From Candidatus Zhuqueibacterota bacterium (lineage in GTDB: Bacteria; Zhuqueibacterota; Zhuqueibacteria; Thermofontimicrobiales; Thermofontimicrobiaceae): DNA of 64,000 bases. Positions 43,371 to 53,680 of the stretch are shown piece after piece (within the stretch, counting starts at the first letter, position 1; each line of letters opens with the position of its first letter). The position numbers and the translations under genes were made by a program. The stretch covers positions 288,001 to 352,000 of the forward strand of contig JBMOPW010000034.1 of NCBI GenBank assembly GCA_049322915.1, written 5' to 3'. The notes below the pieces were generated by a model. It was given only the letters and a program-made list of their open reading frames with translations. It did not search any database and had not been told where the DNA came from.

Positions 43371-43417
43371 GAATGAAAAGTTGACATATTTTTGTAAAAA
43401 AATTTTAAGAGGTTAAA

Positions 43418-46400
43418 ATGAACCGTCTTCGGGATATTATCACCATTTTTTTATGGCTCTGTTCAGCCAGTTATTCGGCTGAACAATCCATTTCAATCGC
43501 ATCTGGGAAAGTAAAACTTACCGTTGATCCCAATCGGGGCGGCGCTCCTGCTGGCGTCTGGTTCGATCGCAATGAGGACGGGATTTTTTCAAATGACGAG
43601 CTGATGCTCGACACGGGGCCACGCCAGGGGCTGATTCTGAAAGTGATTGAAATTCCCTGGAAAATCAGCGGAGCAAAGCTGGAAGAAGGGATGATTCTCT
43701 CGGATGAATGGATTTCAGGCCGACTGCCGCAACCCAGGGAATCGTGGTATTCAGGTGAAAGTTTTCAATTGACTGCCGTCTCCGATTCGATCTGGCAGGC
43801 GGGAGAAAATCGGCTGGTGGTGCTGGGACGGTTGATCTGGGCTGGCAACTGGAAATATCGACTGGACTGGGAGCTGACGGATGGAGGCGCAATCAAAGGT
43901 AATTTTCAATTGCTGGACCAACCCCGGGAAATCCGTCCCAGCGAAATTCTGGCGCTGGGAATGGACATGCGGTTTCATTATCAAAATCAAGCATCATTCC
44001 TGCACCGCACGGTTCATGCAGGCGTGGATCAACAAATTTGGGAAATGCCAGCGGGATTTTTTCGCTGGTGGTATCGCATTGAAGCGCTGTATTTACAAAG
44101 GCGGGAAAGCTACGGGTTCAAGCGCCTGGATGAAATTCCCTGGCCCGATTATAACATTGTTTGCCTGACACAGAGCAGCCATGCGGATTGCAAGCTTTGG
44201 AAAGCCATTGATTGGAATGTCGGAGCAATTGCCGATTGGTACGGCAAAAAATCTCGTGGCTGGCTCCATCTAGAAGATCGTGAATGGGGCATCGGCTTTG
44301 GCCTGGCGAAAATGGCTGACCAGCCCCCTGCCTCACTTTCCGCCGATATGGACACGGGTGATTTGACTGCCGCCGTACAATTCAGGTTCGTCCCGGAACA
44401 GACAGCACGGCAAAATCCAAATGCCGCACAAGCTGAATCAATTTTTCAGCCACACGCGTTTTTTCTCGTTCCCAATACGGGTCGCTGGTCGGAGCACCAG
44501 GCGGAACTGCTCGATGAATTGGGCAATCCTGCGACGCCCATTACCGCGGCAGAGCCAGATCCGAATGCAATAAATTTTATTCCACCTAAAAATCTGCCTG
44601 CGGCAACCTCCAACGATGAAATCGCCAGGTTCCGAATTGATGAGCCCGCAGGGATTGATCGAGAATCATGGCCATTCACAGGAGGAATCCCGCTGCGTCA
44701 GGGCGCTATTTTTTCAGCGAACGATCTCATCCTCCTGGATGCCGCAGGCAAATCCCTTCCCATTCAAGCCGAGGCATTGGCCTACTGGCCAGACAGGAGC
44801 ATTAAATGGCTGCTGTTGGATGCACAGGTCGATTTACCCAAAAACACGGGTGCGCTCTTTACCCTGCGGCAGGGCAAAAAAATCGCTGCCAAATCGGACG
44901 TTGTCATCGCCAGCGCAACCGAAAATGGTTTACGGGTGAATACCGGTGCGCTCGCATTCGAAATTGATCTTCACGGCTCTGGCTTTATCGACCGCGCCTG
45001 GCTGGACATCAATTCAAATGGAAAATATGAAACCGATGAATTGATCGTTGGCGAAAATCAGCTCCGCCGCAGCTTTCTGGATTTCATCCGCAGCGATGCG
45101 TTCCGCACAGGCGATCATGACATTCAGGGCACGCTGGACGAATCCCGGGTGCGCATTACCGATCTCAGTGTCGAGCGCGCGGGTCCTCTGCGGGCGGTTA
45201 TTAAAATTCAAGGTCATTATTTGAACCGAATGCCCTCGCCGTTCACCTTGCGCCTGGAAGCGTTCGCTGGAAAAACCACAATTCGGGCCCAGCATACCTT
45301 CACATACACGATGAATCCCAACGGTGAATTTGTGCATGCGCTCGGCTTGCAGCTTCCCGTTCAGTTTAAAGATGGCGCCTGTGTCACACTGGGTGGCAAT
45401 GGGATAATTTTTAAAATAGACGAAACAGCGACGATCGGCGGACTGCTTCAGGAAAATTTAAACAACGCGATGCTCTGGCAGGCAGCGTCTGACACAGGAG
45501 CTGTAAAAATTCTGGACGAGCTGTACCGTCCCGCAGCGTGGGGAGATATTTCCAACGACCGCTGGGGTGTCACCGTCGCCGTGCAAAATTTCTGGCAGGA
45601 ATACGCCAAGGCCATCCAGGCGGATCAAGCAAACGGCACTATTTCCGCGTTCTTCTGGCCACCACAAGCGCAACCGCTCGATCTGCGCCGCTATTCGAAA
45701 TGGATGTACACCCAGGGCGGCGAAACCAATGTTCCCTTTGCTGGGGGGCATGTCTTTGAGTGGCGCAATGCTGCTTATGCCACTGGGACGGCGAAAACCA
45801 GCACCGCCGTGTTCGATTTTCATGTTGGCGCGCTGCAACAGGAACGGGCAGAGAATCTGGCTAAGGGATTTCAGCAGCGACCGCTGGCAATTTGCAATCC
45901 AGCGTATTATGCAAAAATTGGAATTGCCGGGCAGTTTGCCGCTTACGATGCCAAGTCATTCCCGCAATTGGAAAAATCACTGACAGACATCGGCGATTTT
46001 TTCAGGTATAATCGGGAGCGATTTTCCTGGTACGGCATGCTGGATTATGGGGACATTGGCCATTTGTGGCGCCCACCGCTCCGTTATGATGCTGGCCAGC
46101 CCTTTCAGTTTCGGGATGGCTGGGGCCATGATATTGGCAGATGGGGCTGGACGAATTCCGAAGGTCTCGATGCCTTGAGCTTTTTCATGACCTTCTTCCA
46201 CACAGGCTACCGACCGTATTTTGAGGCAGGCGAAATCACGGCGGTTCACAATCGGGACGTGGATGTTTTTCATTACGGACCTTACCGTTACAAAGGTCGC
46301 CGCCACAATGTGAATCATTGGGGTGATGGCACCATCCAGGTGCGCATCAGTCAGCCGTCGCACACACGGTTTCAATATTATCTGACAGGTGATTTGCGGA

Positions 46401-47176
46401 CGAAAGATATCATCGATGCGGTTTTCCAGCACCAATTAAAAAATTGCCTGATCGTCGCCACACCTGAACTGGGGGCGGTTCTGTCGGGTTATCTCGTGCA
46501 ATGGGAGATGACGGGAGATCTGACCTGGCGCGACCAGGCCCTGGCGCTCGTTCGGGCGTATGCTAATTACGTGGGTCCTGATGGCGGGATTCAGGACAGC
46601 GGAATTAAAATCGATGCGGCGACCCATCAGCTTTTAATTGCGCCGAATGCAAATCTGGCCGATTATTCATCCTGTTTCTTTCATGATTTTGGCGCAATGC
46701 ATGCGCTGGCTGAACTTTATTATCTGACCAGGGACGCGCAATTATGGGATTTGCTTTACCGACATGCCAGCTATTGTGCGACCAAAGGCCCTGCCAATGA
46801 TCTGACAGGCCATCGCTCCTATAATTGGTTGCTGTTGTCGCTTGCGCTTGATAAAACGGGGGAAAAGCAATTCGCTGACCGCCTTTTATCCAATCTTTCC
46901 GAGAGTGAATTTAATCGGGGCATTTACGCCAGGGACCGAAAATACTGGCGCGGCGAATGGGGACAAAAAATTCCCGATGGAAAAATTTATCAAATGGGTG
47001 ATGGCAGGGGCACGGTTCCTGGCGTTCATGATGTTTATACGGTTCACACTGGCTTTTCCTGGAGTCAAATGCCTTATGTTTTGCATGTGATGAAAAAATA
47101 TGGGCTGAAAGAAAACCAGATTCCACAAAAAGCCTTTCCCGTGCAGGAAAATAGTAACCGAAAGATTGAACCGTAA
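43418..47176 (+). CDS. Exo-rhamnogalacturonan lyase-like protein (PL26/PcRGLX/YetA-like) with N-terminal extension
   Basis: Signal peptide; WPFTGGIPLRQG...PIQAEALAYWPDRSIKWLL and WYGMLDYGD, DVD.FH, RRHNVNHWG motifs. Confidence 0.7.
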   Translation: MNRLRDIITIFLWLCSASYSAEQSISIASGKVKLTVDPNRGGAPAGVWFDRNEDGIFSNDELMLDTGPRQGLILKVIEIPWKISGAKLEEGMILSDEWISGRLPQPRESWYSGESFQLTAVSDSIWQAGENRLVVLGRLIWAGNWKYRLDWELTDGGAIKGNFQLLDQPREIRPSEILALGMDMRFHYQNQASFLHRTVHAGVDQQIWEMPAGFFRWWYRIEALYLQRRESYGFKRLDEIPWPDYNIVCLTQSSHADCKLWKAIDWNVGAIADWYGKKSRGWLHLEDREWGIGFGLAKMADQPPASLSADMDTGDLTAAVQFRFVPEQTARQNPNAAQAESIFQPHAFFLVPNTGRWSEHQAELLDELGNPATPITAAEPDPNAINFIPPKNLPAATSNDEIARFRIDEPAGIDRESWPFTGGIPLRQGAIFSANDLILLDAAGKSLPIQAEALAYWPDRSIKWLLLDAQVDLPKNTGALFTLRQGKKIAAKSDVVIASATENGLRVNTGALAFEIDLHGSGFIDRAWLDINSNGKYETDELIVGENQLRRSFLDFIRSDAFRTGDHDIQGTLDESRVRITDLSVERAGPLRAVIKIQGHYLNRMPSPFTLRLEAFAGKTTIRAQHTFTYTMNPNGEFVHALGLQLPVQFKDGACVTLGGNGIIFKIDETATIGGLLQENLNNAMLWQAASDTGAVKILDELYRPAAWGDISNDRWGVTVAVQNFWQEYAKAIQADQANGTISAFFWPPQAQPLDLRRYSKWMYTQGGETNVPFAGGHVFEWRNAAYATGTAKTSTAVFDFHVGALQQERAENLAKGFQQRPLAICNPAYYAKIGIAGQFAAYDAKSFPQLEKSLTDIGDFFRYNRERFSWYGMLDYGDIGHLWRPPLRYDAGQPFQFRDGWGHDIGRWGWTNSEGLDALSFFMTFFHTGYRPYFEAGEITAVHNRDVDVFHYGPYRYKGRRHNVNHWGDGTIQVRISQPSHTRFQYYLTGDLRTKDIIDAVFQHQLKNCLIVATPELGAVLSGYLVQWEMTGDLTWRDQALALVRAYANYVGPDGGIQDSGIKIDAATHQLLIAPNANLADYSSCFFHDFGAMHALAELYYLTRDAQLWDLLYRHASYCATKGPANDLTGHRSYNWLLLSLALDKTGEKQFADRLLSNLSESEFNRGIYARDRKYWRGEWGQKIPDGKIYQMGDGRGTVPGVHDVYTVHTGFSWSQMPYVLHVMKKYGLKENQIPQKAFPVQENSNRKIEP

Positions 47177-47251
47177 CCCGTTTTTGATTTTACGTTTTAA
47201 TTTTGAATTCACTGCAAAGAACAATAATTCACCTTTTTCAAGGAGCCCATA

Positions 47252-49126
47252 ATGAGGTTACAATCGATTTTCTCGTTTGTATGTACGCTGGTACTGCTGC
47301 TGTGCGCTCAATTGTTTAGCATGATACCCACGCAATACACGAAAATTATGTTCACGGGTACTACTGTTGATCTGGCTGATTTTGAAAAATTTGTCATACG
47401 GGCAAAGGCATCAGGCGCCACGCATATCGATATCACAGGATTGCCCATGCCCTTCAGTTTTTGGCAATTCGATACGCCAGGCGATCCCTATCCGGCCTGG
47501 CCCTGCATGGTGTTTTCGCTGTTCAAAGTCGCCACGCCAGAAATATTAAAGCCGTATGTTCCGCAGGACTATGCCATAAAAGTCCTGACGCTGCTCGAAG
47601 ATCGCTGCAAAATTCTCCGCAAGCATGAACTGAAAGCGTACGTGAGCGCTGGCGAACCGCACATGCTGCCTGAAGCAGTTTTCACCGATCATCCATTATG
47701 GCGGGGACCCCGCGTGGACCAACCGACGCGGTCACGCGTGGCCCGTTTTGCTCCCACGATTGATAATCCCGAAGTGCTGGCGCTCTATCGGGAATCGGTC
47801 GGGATTCTGCTTCGCCGTTGCCCTGAAATCGATATTTTGACACTTCTCACCAATGATTCAGGCGGTGGGCTGGACTGGAGCGGCGGTTTGTATAGCGGAC
47901 GATTTGGCAATACGTTGTACCAACACCGCAAGATGGATGAGCGGCTGCATGATTTTTTCGCCACGATTCAGGCTGGCGCAAAGGATGCGGGGGCGTGGAT
48001 TGAAATCGACATGTTCTTAACCCGCGAGCCAGATCCCGCCAAAGTCGCCAGGAGCCTGACCCACGGGATGGCCATTGAAAATATTGAAGGTCCCAATGCG
48101 ACTCCTTTTCGCACCAGCGCGGGTAAGCTCTGGATGTATGGCAGCGATTTTTATCCTGTGGTGGGCATTCCGTATGCCGCTTCTTTTCTGGAAGAACTGG
48201 AGCACGCCGCGCAAAGTCAGGCGCCACGCATGTATGTGGGCATGCTGGATCATTTTAACCGCGAGCTTTATTTCAACATCTTCGATAAATTCTGGGAAAA
48301 GCCAACACACGATGAAATTTCACGGCTTGAATTTTTAAAAAGAATTGCGACGAACGAAGCTGGCGTTGAAAACGCTTCATCCCTCCTGTCGCTCTGGTTG
48401 GCCATCGACCGTGCGGAAAAATTATTGCAAATTTTTGATAGCGGCGGTTCGTTGTTTTCGCTGGGGACAGTGCATCAGCGCTGGATTACCCGCCCGCTGG
48501 TTCCTTTTCCCAGTGAGCTTACTCCTGAAGAAAAAGATTATTACCGCAAATTTCAGTTTCAAGCCCGATCCGAAGCTCATGCCGATAACCTGATCGATTT
48601 GCAGGGAAATCGCCGATTAACGTCGGTCTCGGGTCGTCACAATTTGAGTTTTGAGATACTTCGCCGCGTGCGCAACCAGGTGACCCAGGCACAGCAGTTG
48701 TTAGCCGAAATTTTAAAAACGCCGCTGGACCGAAATAAAGCTGCATATCAAACCTTCGCCGCCCGTCTGCGCGCCGTACAATGCCTGATTACCAATGCGG
48801 AAAACATGATTGATTACCAATCCCAATTGGATCGGATTCATCGACTGGGCAGCAAGCCCGAGGAAACGCCTCCCATCGACACCCCTTCGAGTTGGGATCG
48901 ACAAAAAATGCTGGAAACAGCGCGTCGGGAAATCGACAACACGGCTGTGATGATGGACATTTTGCGATCGACGCGTGAACCTGTGCTCGATCTGGCACCC
49001 GTGAAAATGGAAGAACACATCATCCGTCTGGGTCCAGACATCCTCGATCAATTGCAAAAGAAGCTGAATATTATGAATTCACATTGGATGGATTATGATC
49101 GAATTTTCACCAGACCGAATTTGTGA
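47252..49126 (+). CDS. Secreted hypothetical protein, possible glycoside hydrolase-like TIM barrel
   Basis: 624 aa, signal peptide, AGGAG RBS; no motif recognised with confidence. Confidence 0.6.
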   Translation: MRLQSIFSFVCTLVLLLCAQLFSMIPTQYTKIMFTGTTVDLADFEKFVIRAKASGATHIDITGLPMPFSFWQFDTPGDPYPAWPCMVFSLFKVATPEILKPYVPQDYAIKVLTLLEDRCKILRKHELKAYVSAGEPHMLPEAVFTDHPLWRGPRVDQPTRSRVARFAPTIDNPEVLALYRESVGILLRRCPEIDILTLLTNDSGGGLDWSGGLYSGRFGNTLYQHRKMDERLHDFFATIQAGAKDAGAWIEIDMFLTREPDPAKVARSLTHGMAIENIEGPNATPFRTSAGKLWMYGSDFYPVVGIPYAASFLEELEHAAQSQAPRMYVGMLDHFNRELYFNIFDKFWEKPTHDEISRLEFLKRIATNEAGVENASSLLSLWLAIDRAEKLLQIFDSGGSLFSLGTVHQRWITRPLVPFPSELTPEEKDYYRKFQFQARSEAHADNLIDLQGNRRLTSVSGRHNLSFEILRRVRNQVTQAQQLLAEILKTPLDRNKAAYQTFAARLRAVQCLITNAENMIDYQSQLDRIHRLGSKPEETPPIDTPSSWDRQKMLETARREIDNTAVMMDILRSTREPVLDLAPVKMEEHIIRLGPDILDQLQKKLNIMNSHWMDYDRIFTRPNL

Positions 49127-49204
49127 GTATTTCAACGGGGACGATCGTTTGGCGAATTTCAAAATGTTCGGAACTGTCATTCCGTCATTTTAAAAATGGA
49201 GTGA

Positions 49205-50224
49205 GTGGCCATGAAAATCAGAAAACTAGTAATATGCATTCTCGGGGTTGGTTTTTGTCTGGTCTGCAATCGGCATGATCCCAATACTGGGAAATTAAGC
49301 TGCCAGCCGAAAACCATCATTCTTTCGCACAGTCAACCCGCCGATGTTTCGAATGAATTTCACCTGGCGGCATGGATTTTTCAAAAGTATATTCACGATC
49401 ATTCAAAAAATCTGACCGTGAAAATATTTGCGGCCAATTCATTAGAACCAGAACATGATGTTTACAAAGCGATTCAGCGTGGTAATGACTTGACTTGCGT
49501 CATTTCCAGAACAACGGCATTAACCAGTTTTTGCAACAAAATTGATGTGTTGCACCTTCCGTTTTTATGGAAAAATTTTGAACACGTGCATCAAGCGCTT
49601 GATGGCGAAGTGGGAAAAATTTTAGAAAAAGAACTGGCCAGAAGCGGCTTTAAAGTTTTAGCCTGGATGGATAGCTGGGGTTTTCAGAATTTTCTGACAG
49701 TGAAGCGGGATATTGAAAATTTCGATAAGATGACCGCGCTGAAATGGCAAACCAGTCAATCGCCCAAGTATACCGAATCCATGAAAATCCTGGGGATTCA
49801 AACAACTTCAATGGCGTATTCGGAAATCTATCCTTCGTTGCAGTCAGGGAAACTGGATGGTATCGAACAAAACGCGGTTTCGGTTCTGGCAAATAAGTTT
49901 GCGGGCGCATTCCAATCGATGCTACTCACCCGTCATTTGTATATCCCTGTTGTCTTTGTTTTTTGCCAATCGGAGTGGGAAAAATTTTCCGAGGAAGAAA
50001 AAAGCCTGATCACCGAAGCCGCACACCTGGTAAGCGATCTGGAGTGCGCATTGGCCCCCTGGCGCGACCAGGCGGCACAAAATTTTCTAACTGAAAAAAA
50101 TATTGCGATCCACCCCATCGACGTGTCTGGCATTTCCAAGGAAATTGCAGCGGTTCAGGATAAGCTGGCCAGTGAAAGCAATGCACTGGATTTGCTACAA
50201 ATTATTCGGTCGTATAAAAATTAA
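49205..50224 (+). CDS. TRAP transporter substrate-binding protein, DctP family (orphan)
   Basis: LHLPFLWKNFEH, MAYSEIYPSLQSGKLDGIEQ, WEKFSEEEK. Confidence 0.85.
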   Translation: MAMKIRKLVICILGVGFCLVCNRHDPNTGKLSCQPKTIILSHSQPADVSNEFHLAAWIFQKYIHDHSKNLTVKIFAANSLEPEHDVYKAIQRGNDLTCVISRTTALTSFCNKIDVLHLPFLWKNFEHVHQALDGEVGKILEKELARSGFKVLAWMDSWGFQNFLTVKRDIENFDKMTALKWQTSQSPKYTESMKILGIQTTSMAYSEIYPSLQSGKLDGIEQNAVSVLANKFAGAFQSMLLTRHLYIPVVFVFCQSEWEKFSEEEKSLITEAAHLVSDLECALAPWRDQAAQNFLTEKNIAIHPIDVSGISKEIAAVQDKLASESNALDLLQIIRSYKN

Positions 50225-50235
50225 AGGGTAAAAAA

Positions 50236-51309
50236 ATGAGTAAAAAAACGAACAGGAGTGAAATATCCCGTCGCGAGTTTGTTAAACAGACCGCAACGGG
50301 ATTGGCAGGAATCGTTGGCGGCGCCTGGGTCATGACTTCAAATTGCAGCAGTCCCATTGCGCCGACTACGGAAAAAAAACAGCCGCCCAAAGTACCCGTT
50401 GGCAGCTCCAATCGGGATCCGGGATCAAATGGTCATTCTGGTAATGCCAATTCTTTGCCGCATCGGATTTTGGGAAAAACGGGACTGGAAATTTCCATGC
50501 TTGCCTTTGGCGGCGGTTCGCAATTTCTGAAAAATGAAAACGGCGCATGGCAAACTTTGATGCAGCGGGCGATCGAATTGGGCGTTAATTATTTTGATAC
50601 AGCGTTCAACTATAATGGCAGTGAAGAACGCTATGCGGAAATTTTAGCACCGATTCGTGAACAGGTTTATATCGCTACCAAATTCGATGGCAAAAACGGA
50701 AACCTGCGGGATGTGGATCTGATGATGCGCGAATTTGAAACCAGCCTGAGGCGCCTGAACACAAATTATGTGGATGTATTGCTGATTCACGACATCAATG
50801 ATAATGATAATGTCACCCAAATTGAAAACGGCGTATTCAAGCAAATGCTGAAATTAAAAGCAGAAGGAACCGCCAGATTCATCGGTTTTTCGAGTATGAG
50901 CAGCGCCCAGCGCGCCAAAGAATTGATTGTGAACCTGGATTTTGATGTCGCGTTACTGGCGCTGAATGCGACAAATTATGGCAGTTATGCCACGATTGCC
51001 CTGCCGCCTGCCAGGGAAAAAGAAATGGGCATATTAGCCATGAAAGTGATGCGGGATGTTGTCGGCGTCGCGGCCACGGCGGAAGAGCTGATTCATTATG
51101 TGCTCGATCGGGACGGAGTTGCATCAGCAGTGATTGCACATTATGGCACGGAAACACTGGAAGAGAATGCAGCCATCATTTCACAATTCAAACCGAGCAG
51201 CGTTGATGACGATTATGGCGAGCTTGAAAATCGGTTGCGACCTTTTGCCTCGCCCGATGCGCTTTGTTGGGCTCGGCCCGACTATGTGGACGGCTCTGGT
51301 CTGGTGTAG
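50236..51309 (+). CDS. Aldo/keto reductase with Tat signal, possible lipoprotein
   Basis: SRREFVK twin-Arg motif, TSNC; RILGKTGLEIS, NYFDTAFNY, IATK, LLIH (D-Y-K-H tetrad). Confidence 0.88.
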   Translation: MSKKTNRSEISRREFVKQTATGLAGIVGGAWVMTSNCSSPIAPTTEKKQPPKVPVGSSNRDPGSNGHSGNANSLPHRILGKTGLEISMLAFGGGSQFLKNENGAWQTLMQRAIELGVNYFDTAFNYNGSEERYAEILAPIREQVYIATKFDGKNGNLRDVDLMMREFETSLRRLNTNYVDVLLIHDINDNDNVTQIENGVFKQMLKLKAEGTARFIGFSSMSSAQRAKELIVNLDFDVALLALNATNYGSYATIALPPAREKEMGILAMKVMRDVVGVAATAEELIHYVLDRDGVASAVIAHYGTETLEENAAIISQFKPSSVDDDYGELENRLRPFASPDALCWARPDYVDGSGLV

Positions 51310-51336
51310 TTGGAGATGCTATTCCTGATCAATATG

Positions 51337-51369
51337 GAACGAAGGACTGTCAAAAACAATCCTTCGTTC
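51337..51369. terminator. Hairpin between convergent operons
   Basis: GAACGAAGGA (51337-51346) / TCCTTCGTTC (51360-51369). Confidence 0.6.
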
Positions 51370-51413
51370 ATCCGATATTCAGGCCTGCCTTAAATTCAAC
51401 ATTGTTGAAAACC

Positions 51414-53606
51414 TCATCCACCCATCGAAACAAACAGCACCAGAAAGCCGATGATTGCCCCAACCAGCAGCGCTGAAACGCCGAATCCGATTGCATCCAC
51501 CCGAGTCCATTTGTTTAGCTCCCATTGCGAATTGGGAAACAACTTGAGATGATCAAAACGGTGCGGATCACTGTACGATAGCGCCATTTCCTGTGCATCG
51601 GTTTCAGGATCTGGATGCACAGGCGTTTTCATTTTCACGAAGAATCGATCCAGTCGGACTTTGTCATCAGAGCGGGTGAAATAAACCGCTACGATTAATA
51701 TGAGAAATGGCAGAAATGTTTTGATCAGAATGCGGATCGTTTCATTCAACGCATGCGGATTATTTGCCAGGTCGCAACCCAGTATGTCGAGAATGAGCAG
51801 CTCAAAATTGAGGGCGCCCGATCCAAATATGTTGCCATCACGATTGGCTTTGATTCCCAGCGTCCAATAAATCGCTTTCTTCGGCAGGATATCGGTTCGG
51901 GTAAACTTTTCGCCTTGGGCTATCATTTTCGGACGCTCGCCGATGGCTTCTCCCCTTGCATTCAAAAAATCCCATCTGGCAATTTCGCTTTGTCGCTGTT
52001 CCACATCCATTTCGTGGGCAGTGAAAATTCGCGCCAGCGGCGCAGGCTCGGTCATTTTTAATAAATAGGCGTTCGTTCGAAGATTAGGAAAAAGTGTCGG
52101 TACCAGGATCGGCCCCACTGAAAAAAGCAGAAGCGACGCCACAATCGAAATCCAGGCGGCCTGGCGATTTGCCCGACGCCATTTGATCCCGAGCCAAAAA
52201 CTGGCGGCCACCATGACATAAAATTCCCAGGTGAATTTCATCAGAGCAAAGACGCTATCAAATTGCATGGCAATTACAGCGCCGCCAATGACGACAACGG
52301 CGCCCACGATTCGTCCCACCTGAATAAAATGCCGCTCGGATCGCTGCGGGAATAACGGGCGGTACACATTTCGAATGAGCAGGCTCGAACCTGTGATCAT
52401 CAAACAATCCACCGTGGACATCAGCGCCGCCATGAGGCAGGCAATCATTAATCCGACCAGACCCAGATTGAGCGGGCCTAACAGATCCCGTGTGGCAACT
52501 CCCCATATCAGGTCGGGATTGTTCACCGTCTTGCCGTAAAGCAGAATACACGCCATTCCCAACACCCCCCAAAATACCGTACAGATCCGTTTAATGAACG
52601 TGCCTGTAACGAAACCAAATCGGGCGGCGTATTCGGTTTTGGCTGAACCTGTTGCCACCAGCATGTTGGGCTGCACCACCACATTAATGGTTGAAATGAT
52701 GGAAACAGCGATCACAAAATACCAGGTAAAATCAATGGCGGTTGGTGAACCGAACACATCAAAAAATGATTCGGGAAGACGCTGGTGGATGGTTCTCATG
52801 GCATCCAGAATCGTTGCTCCGCCATAGATCGTATTGATTTTTGCCCAGGCAAAGGGCAGCAGCATGAGCGATAAGATGATGATGAATATTCCCTGCAAAA
52901 CGTCCGTAAGAAAAGCAGCTTCCAATCCCCCCGCCACGGCATAGATAATTACAACGAAACAAACGGTCCAGATCAAAAAATTTACGCTGATGAGAGAAAA
53001 CAGTTTTCGGGGATTTTCGATGCGGAGTTCATCCAACCGATTACGTTCCCGGGCAGTTAATACATTAAAATCCGCTGATTCCAGCCGTTCCAACTCCAGC
53101 GCTTTCTGATATTCCACCTGCTCCACTGCCGTAAGCTCCTGCACCGATTTTGGCGTGATCGCCTGAATCGTTTTGGTCATCGCGGTGAACCCGATGCCAA
53201 TAATCGACATCATCCCAAAGCAGCCAATGATGGCAAACGTACCTGCCATGGTTTTCGAGCCGTACCGTTCTTCGAAAAAATCAGCCATGGTCATGATTCG
53301 AAGCCGTCGCAGCCAGGGAGCGGTGATCCAGTAGAGTGGTGCCGCAAAAACGATAGCGAGAACACTCCAGATACCACCCGCGCCATTTTTAAACGTCGTG
53401 GTGGTGACGCCAACCACCGATTCGGTCGAGGTCGCCTGCCCAAACGCTGCAAAAGTTTGGACGAATTTGCCAAAGCGTCGTCCTGCCAGAAAATAATCTT
53501 CCTGGTTGCGGATGCGGCGCATTGACCAAATCCCGATAAGGATGACAATACTGAAGTATAAAACGATGACGACCAGGTCAATAATTTGTAATCCAAACAT
53601 ATTCAC
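51414..53606 (-). CDS. Sodium:solute symporter with two soluble insertions
   Basis: DYFLAGRRFG, TMADFFEERYG, GGLEAAFLTDVLQG, GLMIACLMAALMST. Confidence 0.92.
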   Translation of the reverse strand: MNMFGLQIIDLVVIVLYFSIVILIGIWSMRRIRNQEDYFLAGRRFGKFVQTFAAFGQATSTESVVGVTTTTFKNGAGGIWSVLAIVFAAPLYWITAPWLRRLRIMTMADFFEERYGSKTMAGTFAIIGCFGMMSIIGIGFTAMTKTIQAITPKSVQELTAVEQVEYQKALELERLESADFNVLTARERNRLDELRIENPRKLFSLISVNFLIWTVCFVVIIYAVAGGLEAAFLTDVLQGIFIIILSLMLLPFAWAKINTIYGGATILDAMRTIHQRLPESFFDVFGSPTAIDFTWYFVIAVSIISTINVVVQPNMLVATGSAKTEYAARFGFVTGTFIKRICTVFWGVLGMACILLYGKTVNNPDLIWGVATRDLLGPLNLGLVGLMIACLMAALMSTVDCLMITGSSLLIRNVYRPLFPQRSERHFIQVGRIVGAVVVIGGAVIAMQFDSVFALMKFTWEFYVMVAASFWLGIKWRRANRQAAWISIVASLLLFSVGPILVPTLFPNLRTNAYLLKMTEPAPLARIFTAHEMDVEQRQSEIARWDFLNARGEAIGERPKMIAQGEKFTRTDILPKKAIYWTLGIKANRDGNIFGSGALNFELLILDILGCDLANNPHALNETIRILIKTFLPFLILIVAVYFTRSDDKVRLDRFFVKMKTPVHPDPETDAQEMALSYSDPHRFDHLKLFPNSQWELNKWTRVDAIGFGVSALLVGAIIGFLVLFVSMGG

Positions 53607-53680
53607 TCACCCGATGAGAATGAAAATTTTTCAACGTGCCATGATTTTATGCCGTGCCGGCTTGCGGCGAGACTCCATTG

